DNA of 64,000 bases from Octopus vulgaris (GCA_951406725.2 OX597814.1:146444001-146508000); one strand, 5' to 3'; shown: positions 1 to 14,330, counted from the first letter of the stretch. Numbers and translations: made by a program. Notes: generated by a model from the sequence alone, not told the origin.

Positions 1-371
1 TAAGAGAAAAAAATATCGATCTCTAAAATAGGTTTGAGTAGAATATTGTACATTAAAGCTTTTGTATTCTCTGTTATAAACATGTGAATAGGTTTCGGAC
101 TACTAACAAGTAATAAATAAGGTGCTACGTAAATTGGAATAAAAATAATTTACTTACAGGACTATTTCACAAAATAAGGAGTGTTTTGGACATAACAATG
201 CGTATTAGTGCTACTTCATACACAGTAAAATATTTCAGGGGAAAAATATTATGCCAATATATGCTTATACAGGCATATCAAATTTAAATTAACTGTGTGA
301 CAAAATATATTTCCCATAGCATTTCAGTGCGTTTCATTATTTTAAAGCCATCAATAATGGCGGTAACACAC

Positions 372-431
372 CTCCATAAAACCTGGCCGGGGGTGCGATA
401 TTAGTTAATTCGTAGAAGCAACCTTCCTTAG
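372..431 (-). other. Candidate 60-nt coding exon (AKEGCFYELTNIAPPARFYG, phase 1-1)
   Basis: The minus strand reads ctgtcatatcactttccAG|ctaagg...tatggag|GTgtgt. One frame is open and the DNA is non-repetitive. No protein family was recognised. Confidence 0.25.
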
Positions 432-1777
432 CTGGAAAGTGATATGACAGAATATCTTCAGGAAATGGTTTAAAATACAGAACAATAGAAGTTTAAATTT
501 ATAATGTAATACAAATTAGATCTACAGATTTTTAGCAAAAACTCAGAGTAGACACGTGTAGAAGCATTGAATTTACAGACAATACCGTGTATGAATGAAA
601 ACTATGAGCAATCTGTTAATACGTATGTAATAAACAGAAACAAAGCATTTTAACGTTGGTTAAATTTTCATTCAAGTTTCAAGTTTTCAGTTACGTGTTT
701 TTTACAAATTAATGCACTTTCCAAGGAAATATCAAAAATGCATTTACAATTCATTTTTGCTGAGGCAATGTTATATCATTTGCGAAAACAGGAGCAAGAA
801 ATTCAGTATGTAGTGCAATCAAAATAAATCCTCCTCCAAAAGCGTCTTTATATTTTGAATTAAATAAAACTCTATAATTGACTCATACCATAAATGTGAG
901 CCTAAGTTTTCATCATATTCGAATACAGTAGATAAGAAAAAAGCCTGAGCATGACACGTGCTGTAGATTGAAATAGGTGGCTTCACGTTTGAGTATTCAA
1001 ACTCTTTCAGAGAACAGTAGCTAGTTCATGTCCCGTTCATGTTCCTCAAAACGTGAATGGATTGAACGCAATTAGAATATTTGCTTTCCAAAAAAATCCA
1101 CAAGCTAGGCACTGTCAGTTAGACTTTTGACGGAAGCTCCTTGGATATTCAGATTTTGTTCTTGCAACTCAAGCATTTAATATTCTAATGGTTGACATAA
1201 ATCGCTTCCAAAATTCCAAAATATGAAAACTCTAAGAACATCAACAATAGTTAAGCATTTCTTACATTGGGTATTGAGTAAGCTATATATCATAATATGA
1301 TATTAGCATTTAATTCACTTACTAATATGTATTAAAAAATGAATTCGTCTATCATGTTTTACATACCTGTAATTAGATCAGGCTTTTGATTGCAATATCC
1401 GTGACACATTAAGTAATTGCCTATTGCTGAATTGGTGCAAAAATTAAAACAAATGTTTCAATGAATAACGATTTATTGTTGTTTTAGGAACACATTATAA
1501 AACTCCAAAATATTGTTGATTGTAATTGAATCACATTTTGAATGTAATTTCGTTAGAAATACTGATCCGAAAAATATTGTAATTTTTTGTCTTGCGGGAA
1601 ATGCTAAGAATTTGTGAAAACATATGCAATGACCCTATAGTGCAGAAGGCTACAAGAACAGAGGTTATTAATATTTTACTTTGAGGTGTTTGACAAAAAT
1701 GTATATAATAATACTGAACACGTTGGTTAAATATGCGTACTTACATAATACACACATACCTACATACATACATTTAT

Positions 1778-1828
<51 letters not shown>

Positions 1829-2070
1829 TACATATGTAAATTACATTTAATATGATATATGTAACATTTAAACGAATAATATATAGTAAAGAAGAAAAAA
1901 GTAAGTAATTTCATAAAATTAATGACATCGATACTACTTAATTACCAGAAGCCGTTAGAATGACGCTCATTTACATTTCCCGATATTAAAAATTCATGAA
2001 TTCGCAAATTGAATCATCGAAAGAACAAATACTTTCTAATTGCTATACATTGAATAATTGAACAACCTTT

Positions 2071-2108
<38 letters not shown>

Positions 2109-2334
2109 CTATACACAAACACTTACATACATGTATGTATGCTTGTATTTTTGTGTGTATGTATGACTTATATATGAATGTATGCTTGAGGAAGTATAGT
2201 GTGTACCTAATGAAAATATTAATAATAAAAATATATATATTAATCTACTTGTATTTATATCCTGAAAATATCTATTTACTTTCCACTGAAGATGTGTTGA
2301 AATTTGATGACTTATTCAACTGATGATTTGATGA

Positions 2335-2640
2335 TTTATTCAACTAATTTCCATCAACGAAATATTCAGATTTACTAGTACAGTCGTGCGTAATTATATG
2401 CATCTATCCTTGCACACATAATATGTACTTAATTAGTCATTGATAATCTCACGCAATGAAGATTCATTTGTTGCAAATCCTGAAATATTCTGCTCAATAC
2501 CGCAGACTTGCTTGTCAGTTGCTTCACCTTAATCCCTTCAGCATGTCCCTTAGTGGCTAACGACATGTGCGTCCATCACTGAACACGAGTAGTAGGGCGA
2601 AGCATCATAGTAATGTGTTTAAAGCAATCCCTACAATACG
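2335..2640. repeat. Old unclassified interspersed repeat, left part (continues at 3361-3520)
   Basis: tttattcaactaatttccatcaacg.aatattcagattt recurs at ~3525-3590. catgtcccttagtg...gtagtaggg...ggcgttt...catccttaaa recurs uninterrupted at ~5975-6150. Confidence 0.6.
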
Positions 2641-2993
<353 letters not shown>

Positions 2994-3002
2994 ACGAGCA
3001 TA

Positions 3003-3069
3003 CGGTGCAGTGGTTAAAAGCGCGGGCTACTAACACCAAGATTCCGAGTTTGAATCCAGGTAGTGACCC

Positions 3070-3152
<83 letters not shown>

Positions 3153-3360
3153 GTATCAACAACAACAACAACAACATCGAAAAATACCTTAGGGATGAGA
3201 ACCCAGGTTCGAAATTTCCCCAAGACACCTGATGAAGACTGGAGGGTATATCAGCCGAAACGTTGTCTTAGCAGCAAACAAGATGAGGACAAATATCCAT
3301 CGATTGTAAATAATGTAAATTGTAAATTCATATGATTTTGAATAACTCATTCCTTGAAAC
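3003..3360 (+). mobile_element. tRNA-headed SINE-like element with hammerhead-containing tail (right arm of palindrome)
   Basis: ggtgcagtggttaa (A box) ... gagtttgaatcc (B box) at 3004-3057, (AAT)n at 3071-3152, (CAA)n to 3177, then a tail with CTGATGA at 3229-3235 and GAAAC at 3257-3261. Confidence 0.75.
3222..3269 (+). ncRNA. Minimal type-I hammerhead ribozyme motif with intact core
   Basis: aagacac-CTGATGA-A-GACTG gagggtatat CAGCC-GAAAC-GTT-gtctt. The core CUGAUGA/GAAA is intact, stem III is the palindrome AACGUU, and stem II pairs 4 of 5. Confidence 0.7.
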
Positions 3361-3621
3361 GTGGGCGTTTCGCTCATCATCCTTAAACACACTTATTCAG
3401 CGACCTTTTGCGCGGTTGAAAAAAATTTCAACTGGGCTCAATCTGCAAAGTAATGTGCTATGTTGATATGAGGTCACCATATCGCGCATAAAATGGTATT
3501 CAAGTTACATGAAACAAACATTGCTTTATTCAACTAATTTCCATCAACGTAATATTCAGATTTCTTGTACAGGCGTGCGTAATTATATACACATATACTC
3601 ATACATATCCTCACACTCAAT

Positions 3622-3707
<86 letters not shown>

Positions 3708-4589
3708 GTCATTATTCATCGTTAACCTTACACTATAAAGATTTATCTGTTGCAGGCCGCGAATATACTTTGGATTAAAATATCAGGGAAAAAGAACGAG
3801 CATGTGGAAACCGTTTATTAGTCCTCATGGCATACTGCAGTTAGGTGTAAACAAGGGTTTTTCAACCAAAATACGTAATCCATCCATCTATCTCTACGTC
3901 CATCCATCTGTCCCTCCATCCATTTCTCCGTCCGTCCGTCAGTCCGTCAATCCAACTATCCATCAGTCTGTCTGTCCATCAATTAATCCATTCATCCATC
4001 CCGCCATCATCTACTCTCCATGCATGCATGCATCCATCCATACACACGTACCTACATAGGTATGCATGTTTAATTGTAATTCGTTTGAGCATGTATGTGA
4101 GAGTGTATGCAGGTGTACATGTGAACCATCCAAAAAGGCACATAAGCGCTAGTGAGAAATCTTCAAAGCCAAACACCAGGTACTTTCGCATATAAAATAG
4201 ATCAGAGATTGAAAAAAACTTAATATCACTTGGAGTAAAAAACAAATGAGTCTAACGGCAAATTTGTTACGGGAATTAGTAGACTGTGCACCGACGAATA
4301 AAAATCCTCCCTACGCCTGTGCATCACAGGAAAATAATGCGATAACAATAAACTGGAGAAATGAGATATGTTGCTGCACACACCTAAATTAAATTATCTA
4401 TCAGAAATAGACGGAACACTAAGCAGCATAAAAAGAACAAGCTACATAGCAAATTTAGGCTCTCATAAAGAAACAAAAGATACGATGAAATAAAAGACCT
4501 GACTAAAACCACACATTTATGTATTATTAGGCGAAAGCCAAAAGTGTGATGCTGTCAGGTGTTTAGATTCAGAGAGAGTAGCAAAGAGA

Positions 4590-4631
<42 letters not shown>

Positions 4632-6149
4632 ATGAGCTTAGCGTTGCGAGTGATGGCTACTAGATGATATGATTAAATATTTGAAGAAAGAGGTAGAGAC
4701 ATAGAGAGAAGAAAACAGACCGTGTCTAGCGCAGGATTCTTGTGGTATAATTAAAAGTATAGGCAAAGAAAGAAAGAAAGAAAGAAAGTGAGAGAGAGAG
4801 AGACAGAGAGAAAGAGAGAGATAGAGAGAAAGAGAGAGATAGAGAGAAAGAGAGCGATAGAGAGAAAGAGAGAGATAGAGAGGCAGAATTAGTTTGTGAT
4901 TACTGAAGGATAGGCAATTATGAACTTTAAAAGTATAATAAAATATTGTAAGAGAATAGATATAAGTATAATTGTTGCAGGTTTTAATGTTCAAAAATTT
5001 CTCTATCTGGTTTGCTTTGAAATGTTTATATATCACATAGATAAATAAATCAACGTACGTAAGGACGAAGGTTAGCTCCATACGTGAATTAAATCGAAAT
5101 AGGTTTAATACAAGGTGTAGATGTTGCTGTTTTACTTGTCCCACCCAAATTTTAAGTCTGATGCTTGAGCAACACCATTGTTCAGCTTTTTCTTCGTTTT
5201 GTTATTAGATTGAAATGCTTCTCCACATCGTCAGAGTAAACTGGTACACACATCAATGAAAATAAAAATAGACATGATAGATAGAAACATACATAGATAC
5301 TTACGTCAACACATATTCCAATAGTTATACATACGGATAGATTACACACATACAGCCAAGCACACATATTTATAAATACATACTGGAGTAGATAGATCGT
5401 ATAGATTTTTGTATACATTTTTACAAATAACCGTATTAATATTCGTTAAAACTTCACGAAAATAAAGCAGCAGAATCATATTATAGATGCCTTCGATTCT
5501 GTTCCATATTTAAGAAGCTTATGTTTTGAAATAAAAGGAAAAATAATAAAAATTACCTTACAAAATACATGTAAGATTATAGGTTTCAGAGATATTGTTC
5601 CTTGAGATTGCTCATACAAAACTACATTTCTGGACTCTTGCCACATCTCATGAATCAAATCCTCCAGACAAAATATTGAATTTCATCTTGCAATTATTAA
5701 AATTACAGTGGAATACCTACAAGTAATGCTAGCGTGCAATAGATTACAGTAAGAAACATTCATCATATCAGAAATATCTGATGTACGAGATCCAATGAAA
5801 TACATTACACACAGATACATGTTTTAAGAAGTTTAATATTCGTTACCAATGGTTCTCAAGGCTCCTTTTCTTAACTGATTGAATGTGCTATGTAGATGTT
5901 TTTTGCGGTGTAAACGATGGGCAACAACAAATATTCTCCTCCATACCATAGATTTATATCCTAAAACAATTTAACATGTCCCTTAGTGACTGACAATATG
6001 TGCATCCTATATCACGAGAAGAAATAGTAGGGGAGAATCATATCCATGTGATGCAAGGAATTATTTGGCGTTTTGTTCAACATCCTTAAAGAAATCTTAT
6101 ATAGGGAGATTTTGAGCGGGATGACCAACTTAACCTAAAAAAAATTCTA

Positions 6150-6430
6150 ACCGGACCCCACCCGCAAGGTCATGTGCCGTTTATCTTGTTATGAAATCAC
6201 CATGTCACGTACCTATGGTCGTGATGCATGTGCGTGTTTTACCCTTAGCAGATAGGTAGTCATGATGGGTATACGGGAATCGTATATTTGTATACTAGTG
6301 TCACTTTGATAGCATGCGTTTCTTTCTCACTCAATAATAATAATAGTAAAGATAATAATAATGTTAATGATAATAGTAATGATAATAATAATAATAATAA
6401 TAATAATAATAGTATTAGTAATAATAATAA
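6150..6430 (+). repeat. Short interspersed repeat 3' part ending ctctcactc(AAT)n
   Basis: Alignable by eye with 23900-24145, including ...gtcatgatgggtatac...gtgtcactttgat.gcatgc...ctctcactcaat. Confidence 0.65.
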
Positions 6431-6767
6431 GGGTAAAGGGTAAAGACCCCCTTCTGTCATGAATGACCATGGGATTGCACCTAGAAAGTTACCCTCCTAG
6501 ACACAAGTCCGGGCAAGGTTGTTTATGGAAGACCAGCAGTCGCCCATGCATACCAGCCTCCCCTCTCCACGCCACCAGTGTTATCCAAGGGAAAGACAAA
6601 GGTCGATATAGCTTGGCACCAGTGACGTCGCAACTCATTTCTACAGCTGAGTGAACTGGAGCAACGTGAAATAAAGTGCTTTGCTCAAGAACACAACACG
6701 CAGCCCGGGCCGGGATTCGAGCTCACAGCCTCACGATCGTAAGCTCGACGCTCTAACCACTGAGCCA
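6431..6767 (-). mobile_element. tRNA-derived SINE inserted in an (AAT)n tract
   Basis: Minus head tggctcagtggttagagcg (A box) ... gagctcgaatccc (B box), followed by a CORE/V-like body gtgttcttgagcaaagcacttt. (AAT)n lies on both sides. Confidence 0.85.
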
Positions 6768-6793
6768 ACAATAATAATAATAATAATAATAAT

Positions 6794-6879
<86 letters not shown>

Positions 6880-6880
<1 letters not shown>

Positions 6881-9660
6881 ACAAAACACGACAAACAAAC
6901 ATACAAATGAGAACGAAAGCGACACAAATCTAAAACCTGGAAACAACGAAGGGGAGCCTAATTATTATGGTAATATAAAAAGTAGAATAATCAAAGAACT
7001 AAAAACCACAGAGCTCAAAATGAACCACCGACCATCCCTCCCAAAAATCAAAATAGACAAAACAACAACACCAATTATAAACAGCATAAACCTAGCCGTC
7101 ACGGAACTAATAGCCACTGAAACAAAAATCGATATCACTGGGCTAAATGACTTAGTATACGTAGCAGCCACTGCAGCCACAAAAGAAGCTGGATACTCAC
7201 TCAAACCCATCCAAACAGGAGTACCACCACCCAAATAAACCCTGTGGATAAGTAATATCCAAAACAAAATACAAAATATGAGAAAAGATCTGTCGATTCT
7301 TAATGAAATCAGTAGACAATCAACGCTACTGAGCAACAAAAAGAAAACAAAAATACTCCGCAAATACATCACAGAAAAAGATTTACCTGAGATAAAAGAA
7401 AAGCTGAAGCAAGATATCCTTGCCAAAGCACAAAAGATCCGCCGGTAAAACAAACGCCAGCGCTTCTTTGAACAAAAACAAAAAGTTCAACTCCAACCCC
7501 CAGAAGTTCTACCAAGAACTTGGGAAAAATAAAATAGTAATCAGTGCAGCACCAACGGCAGAAGAAGTGGAAGAATTCTGGAGAGAAATATAGTCGGCGA
7601 ACAAACAACCAAAAAAAAAAAGGAGTATTAAAACAAGAAAGTCAGCATCTGAGCAACTTTGGACCCCCATAACAACTGAAGAGGTCACCCAGGCACTGCA
7701 AAGACTAAGCAACTGGAAGGCACCTGGGCATGACAAGATCCCCAACTTCTGGTTGAAATATCTAACAGGAATGCACAAAAAGCTGGCTGAAAACTTTAAC
7801 AACATACTAGCGGAGCAAGAGACAATGCCTGAATGGCTCACGAAGGGGAAAACCATCTTAATTCCCAAATCAAATGAGACAGCAAAACCAGAAGACTACA
7901 GACCAATAACCTGTATCCCTACAATGTACAAGGCATTTACTGTAATGATATCGCAAAGGTTGAACAAGCACCTGGACGAAAACAACCTGTTTCCAGAAGA
8001 GCAGAAAGGATGCCGCAAAGGCTCATATGGCTGTAAAGATCAACTAATGATTAATAAAGCCATAACTGAAGACAGCCACAGAAAGATGAAAGGCCTCAGT
8101 ATGGCCTGGATCGACTACAAAAAGGCGTTTGATAGCATCCCCCACACATGGATCCTCGAAACACTAGCCATTAACAAAGTAGCACCAACAATTATAAAAT
8201 TCATAGGGCACCCTATGAATAAATGGCAAACAGTGCTACTGCTCCAAACAAAAGAAGGACTTATGAAAACCAAAGCCATCCCCATTAGAAGAGGAATATT
8301 CCAGGGAGACACGCCCTCTCCACTTCTTTTCTGTTTGGCACTGTCACCTCTATCTGATATGCTAAATAGAACTGGATGCGGATATAAATGTTACGGCAAA
8401 ACGATCAGCCACATTTTATATATGGATGACCTAAAACTATAAGCTGCAAATGACAAACATGTGGAAACACTATTAAAGACAGTTCATGGATTTACAGAAA
8501 GACTATATATACAACGTATAGAAGGTGGTACAGGCCTTATACAGCTGGAAAACCACTATAAAATAACCACCATAGGACTTCAAAAATATCTACTTCAGAA
8601 GGAAGGAAAACTGATACAAATAGCGGCAAAACACGAGCAAAACAAAAAACTGTTCTCAGTATTTAAGGAAATTGACAAATACAAACAAGAAATCATACCA
8701 CCTAACGAATATGAAGAAGATGAAGAAACAACAAAGGCTATAAAACAAATGAAATCCAAACTAAAACTAGAACAGCAAAAAACCATGATAAAACGATGGC
8801 AAGAAAAGCCCCTTCATGGTAAATACTGGACTAAACTAAATGCAAAAGAAATAGACAAAGAAATATCCCAGCAATGGTTGAGAAGCTCAGGACTCAAAGC
8901 AGAGACAGAGGGATTCCTAATTGCAGCACAAGACCAAAGCCTCCCCACCAGAAATTACCAAACATATGTAATGAAAAGAAATATAACAAGTAACTGCAGA
9001 ATATGTGGAGATGGAAAAAAAAACAATAAATCATACTATCTCTGGCTGCCCAGTCCTGGCTAAGAAGGAATATATTCACAGACATGACAGAGGTGAAACC
9101 CACATACACTGGAAGCCATGCCAACATTATGGAATAACATCAGAAAAAAGATGGTATAGGCACACACCAGAAAAGGTCACAGAAAACGAGAAAGCAACCA
9201 TACTCTGAGATATGCCGATACACACAGATAGAGAAATTAAGTCCAATAGACCAGATATAGTTGTCAGAGATCATGAAGAAAAAAATGCTTTCTAATTGAT
9301 GTATCAATACCGGCAGATGACAACGTGCCTCTAAAAGAAATGGAGAAAGTTTCAAAATACAAAGACCTGGAAATGGAGGTAACCAGAATGTGGAATCTAA
9401 AAACAGAAACAATTCCTATCATAGTAGGTGCATTAGGCATGATAAAAAAATATTCAGACAAATACATAACAAAAACACCAGGACTTACAAACACATATAA
9501 CATACAGAAAATTGCACTACTAGGCACTGCAAACATCCTACGCAGAACACTTTCCATACAGTAACCATCAGAGCATCACAACAAATCACAGCACATACCC
9601 AAGGCACACAGAGCTGCGCTCGGTAGTGAAGTGAAAGCACGTTATAAAAATAAAACTACT
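6880..9660 (+). mobile_element. R4/Dong-clade non-LTR retrotransposon (RT + restriction-like endonuclease), degenerate, internally deleted
   Basis: RT motifs WIDYKKAFDSIPH, RGIFQGDTPSPLLF and YMDDLKL; CCHC region CRICG..HTISGC; RLE motif RPDIV..LIDVSIP..KYKDL; C-terminus LLGTANILRRTLSIQ*. It carries several stops and frameshifts and is flanked by AAT repeats. Confidence 0.93.
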
Positions 9661-9679
9661 GAATGATACTAATAATAAT

Positions 9680-10745
9680 AACTGAACTAAACTCTAAAAG
9701 TTGCATCGAAGCCATTAACACCCTGGCAATTCCGTAGTCCAATATAGTTTTTATATCAGGAAATGGAATGTCACAGATCTCCAAATCCTAGACAGGAATA
9801 CAAGAAAAATACTACTTGCTAAGAACATGCACCACCGAAAACCAGATGCTGATTGTCTGTACCTACCTAGAAGTAATGAAGGAAGAAAATTGATGCAGGT
9901 AAAACTGTTCTATAAGACCTCCACAACAGCATTGAACAGGTACTTATCTAGTATAGAGGACTGTACGCTGCGACTTGTGTGGAAACACGAAAGCAGCAAC
10001 AAATCTCTTTCTATTGTAAAGGTTGCTTGCACATTTGCAAGGGAATTTGGCAATAATTCTGAAATATGTGAAGTACCTGAAACACTGTCACAAGCATAAT
10101 GGATCAAGCAGACTGCAAAAAAGAACGGACACAAACAAATTGAGGAGCGGTGGAACCAGACGACTCTGCATGGACAGTATATACTTTGAAGTGGAGATGC
10201 CGATGTAGATCAAGCACCAACCTATCAGTGGTTGAGAAGTTTAGGACTGAAAGCAGACACTGAAGTTTTCATATTGGTGGCACCAGATCAAATCTTGCTC
10301 ACAAAAACTACCAGTCTAACATTCTTCAAAACGGTTCTGACCCTAAATGCAGACTCTCCGAAACATTTGACGAAAACATAGAGCATCTCATCTCGGGATG
10401 TCCTTGTGCTGACACTAAGCAAATACAAATATGGTCACTGTAGAGTAGGACAGTATTCATATTGGAAAATATGCACACACTACAAAATCAGCGCCATCCT
10501 GAGCCAGTCGCTGAAAGTAAAATATCACAATCCTCTGGGATTTTCCAGTCAACATCGACAGAACGATCCATGCTAATCGACCAAGCACAATTGTTAAAAA
10601 CAGGGAAGAAAACACTTGTAGACGGATAGATATAAGTGTTCTCTTTGATAAAATTGTATCAGTCAAGGAATTTGACAGACTAAGTAAATATAAGGACCTG
10701 GAAATTGAAATACAAAAGATAGGGCATCTTAAAACGAGAACTGGC
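9680..10745 (+). mobile_element. Second, older 5'-truncated R4/Dong copy in tandem
   Basis: Translates to AINTLAIP, MHHRKPDADCLYLPRSNEGR, QWLRSLGLKADTE, HLISGC and IHANRPSTIV, and ends near KYKDLEIEI. It has many frameshifts. Confidence 0.85.
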
Positions 10746-11455
10746 TTAATTGTTTATTTGCATCATTATCGCCATAAATGCACAGCTAGATTATTCTCTT
10801 AGCTAGTCTTTAGTCCGCTGACTTAGCCATTTTGGAGTGTAACATGAAATAATTTGAGAGCTACCAAGTGTTTTCTCAATTGAGCATCTCGGGATCTCAT
10901 CTGTTGACTCTATTTACATCTGTACAGACGCGCACACACACACGCAGACACACAAATAGACACAAATATATGCATGGATAAAGTAAGAAAGAAATAATGT
11001 TAGATGTAGGGACGAATAATTATATATCCAGTTGTACCTGGTTTGGTTCTGGGATTATATATTAGCATCTCGTAGTTAATTTATTTTCTATCTCTCGAAA
11101 ATTCTTTTATAACTTAAATAAATTGTTTCCGCCGGGTACCTTTCTGGTTAAAGTACTGTAGTGCTTGTCAGCCATCTCCATTTTATTATTGCTATGTAAA
11201 CAACTTGAAATCCTTGAAATAGGCGTTCACATATGGTTATCTTCTATACTAAGTCGTCCTTGTACAACCTCTTACACACCACAGACCTGTTCCCTAATAT
11301 GCTTAGAATAGCAGAAATCGCGACTATCATTCATTGGCAGGATGATAAAAATCTCTACTTGCATTTGATAAGGACACAAGTGTTATGTCTATAAAGAATA
11401 CAGTCTAGCACTCAATATACGAAACTTGAGACGAGCAAAATTCTACTCAGGAAGA

Positions 11456-11660
11456 AATCTCACAATTAAAATCATCTTTACTTTCAAGTGTTTACATATT
11501 AATATTGATATCGCATGAGTCATTTTTTTATTCGACATCAATGACTATATGACATCAATTAATTAAATATTTAAAAGGCATTGTTTTGAACAAGGATTCG
11601 ATCCTCAGAAGTCCAGCTAGATAATATTATACAGAATAGTCTTGAATTTTTTAGTAACAT
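11456..11660 (+). repeat. Unclassified ~200-bp repeat, copy 1 (copy 2 at 18649-18853)
   Basis: Both copies share caattaaaatcatctttac...catattaatattgatat.gcat...gcattgttttgaacaagga...ttagtaacat. Confidence 0.75.
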
Positions 11661-12699
11661 GTATATCTAATTAACTGCACACATCCTGCGAGAGTCATAC
11701 CGCTATGATAAAGCACGAAACAGAATGAACTACTAAATATACATGTATCACGGACAGTACAAAAGCTTGTGTATAATAGCGTAATAATAAATTGTTACGG
11801 ATCTCTACCAAATTATCCGGTAACGTGTCTAAATTACAACGCATATTAGATATTTTATTAAGTTAAATAGTATTTTTATCGATAATAAACTCAAGAGCCC
11901 GAACTGTGTTTATGACATGCGTAGCGGAGTTAAAAGTAATAGTTACTCTCAGAACTAAAGCTTGTTTTGAATATATTCAAGAACGTTATTACTAATAAAG
12001 GAGCCAAAAAGTGAAGCAGTTGCGTGTAAAGAGCGTCCAATAAACCAAAACATCTCAACTTCAGGATGAATATTGCATTTTTACCTCATTTTTTTTTATA
12101 TCCTGCCTGTCGTTTCATCGATAAAGCTATTCCCCTCATCTGCATCTAAAGAAATCTGTCAGAAGTAAACTTACATTCTCAAAAAATTATATTCACTCTA
12201 TCAAGCCAGTAGGTGAATATACAATACTCTAACGTGAAGCAAGCTACACAAATTCCGAAACATTTTCATAAATTTAACACACTGACAATTTTCTACTCAA
12301 CCGTCGCATGAAGGTAATTTTCTTGAACTTAGAGTATAATGAATATTCTAATCATTTCATCTCAGAGCTACAATACATAAAGTGATTAAAAATAATATTT
12401 CATACTGAATATGAAAGCAAGGAGATGGGAGGGAGGCCTCGCAAATCTATGTTGCATTATATTACATGATAATGTATACACTATATACTATATCAATGCT
12501 CTAATTAAAGCAATGTACATTAAATAATTTACAAATCTACTCTTAATCCAGTGCCTTGGAGAACTGAGGTGACGAGAAAAAAACAATAAATGCCTACCTA
12601 CCTACCAGTCTACCTGTCTACCTACCTACCTACCTACCTACCTACCTACATACATACAGACAGACAGACAAACATACATACATGATAGATCGCTAGCCA

Positions 12700-12865
12700 C
12701 TACACATTATTTATTTTCACTCCTTCTTTCTCTCTGTGTTCCTTTCTGTGGAAGAGCGTACGCTCGAAACATTAAAGACTTTCACTTCCCGAGCGTTAAA
12801 TTAATACATCTGTTTGTTGTCTATACCACATGTCTTCGTCTTTTGTTTTTTTGTGAATTCTCCGT
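12700..12865 (+). mobile_element. Short non-coding repeat containing a hammerhead-like motif (copy at 48860-48995)
   Basis: gtgttcctttctgtggaagagcgtacgctcgaaacattaaagac...cccgagcgttaaa is homologous to 48884-48950 and is followed by (TACA)n. Confidence 0.7.
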
Positions 12866-13349
12866 ACATACATACATACATACATACATACATACATACA
12901 TACATACATACATACATACATACATACATACCTATATATGTAGCGGTTAGTGAAGTTGTGGTTTTAATGTAATAATATCTATGGTGGTGGTGGTACTGGT
13001 GGTGTTTGAAATACTTGTATACGGTACCATCGCACGATTGAAAAGTTAATATATATGTAGTAATAAGTATAAAAATCCTTGGGTGGAATCTATAAATATT
13101 TTAATTCATCGCTACGCACGATTTCGCAAGTCATACGTTTCTTAACACTCCAATACGTATAGTTACCCCACATTATATTGGAACAACCCGGTGTGACATC
13201 CTCCCCAAAGAGAAGGTATCGCCCGTTGGCATCAGAATGCTGCAGTCGGCATGATAGCATGGAAGCTTTTATATGCATATTCTAAACCTTTCCCTTAAAC
13301 GAAATTAAAAGATATGTGTGTGTGTACGTGTGTGTGTGTGTGTGTGTGT

Positions 13350-13413
<64 letters not shown>

Positions 13414-14099
13414 AATTACGGTAAATGCGGAGATTAATACATCTGCATATTTTTATCGTTATACTGTCATTTGTATTAGCATCAATGGCCAATTCCTTTT
13501 AGTAATGAGTTTGCCCTCGAAGTTATTATCATCCTTTGCATTAGCAGCGATCGATATATTCCTATTTCTAAGGGTGATCTTTTTACCGATGTCTGACATA
13601 ATATTGTTTAGGTTAGTATTTATTTTAAGAGATTTAACATCATTTACTTTATTATTATTGCTTAAATTAACTAATTTGTGGCTAATTCCATTATTGCGAT
13701 CATTTCCGTTATTTCGGGCACTGTCTTCAGATATCGTTGTGTGCCATTCTATTACTATTCTCTGTGACAGTAACTTTTTACGTTCCTCAGCGTTTGGTTC
13801 GCAGAACTATATACTAATTCATCGCTATAATCCGCTTAAAGGACATATTAAAGGTCTAGTATTTACATTTAGAACTTAAAACTTATATCGGCTTGAGGTC
13901 AAAGATATAGTCGTTTTTAAAGCCATATCAAGTTACTAAATCTCTCCCTCACACTTGTTTCTCTCAAAACCAATAATAACCTGGCAAAATAACGTTAACC
14001 AAATATACATAAAATTAGTTCGCTTTGGACCACAAGAGTGGACAGACCTTGAATAAAGTTACGCAGAATGCTAAGCAGTAGACAAACAAATATTTGATG

Positions 14100-14330
14100 A
14101 AGACAGAATTTCTTGTTTTCTATACAGCAGAAAGGTACATCGGACACATTTAAACCAAATATGTTGTAAAATTCATAGCAGAAGAAATATAATATACAGA
14201 TGAATCTCTGTATCCATTGTAATTGTCTTGGATATATATCAATTGAATACAGGTAAACCAACAAAGCGAATCCAGGGTTTATCCATCGTATGCAATTAGC
14301 CTGTACCCGTATTACAACCAAGTGTTAGTA
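14100..14330 (+). mobile_element. Possible very degenerate Penelope-like GIY-YIG remnant
   Basis: Frameshifted translation resembles NIIYR..CIHCNCLGYI..TGKPTKRIQG. Confidence 0.3.

Noticed and set aside
3003-3070. Functional tRNA gene
   Set aside because: It has A and B boxes but no complete acceptor stem or clean cloverleaf, and it is joined to (AAT)n and a repeat tail, so it is a SINE head. The same applies to 6700-6767, 24505-24570 and 59399-59490.
13700-13735. Minus-strand CTGAAGA...GAAA hammerhead candidate
   Set aside because: No stem II or stem I pairing.
13316-13879. 187-aa ORF as a gene
   Set aside because: It starts in (TG)n, and its Leu/Ile/Phe-rich composition reflects an A-rich antisense strand; no domain was recognised on either strand.
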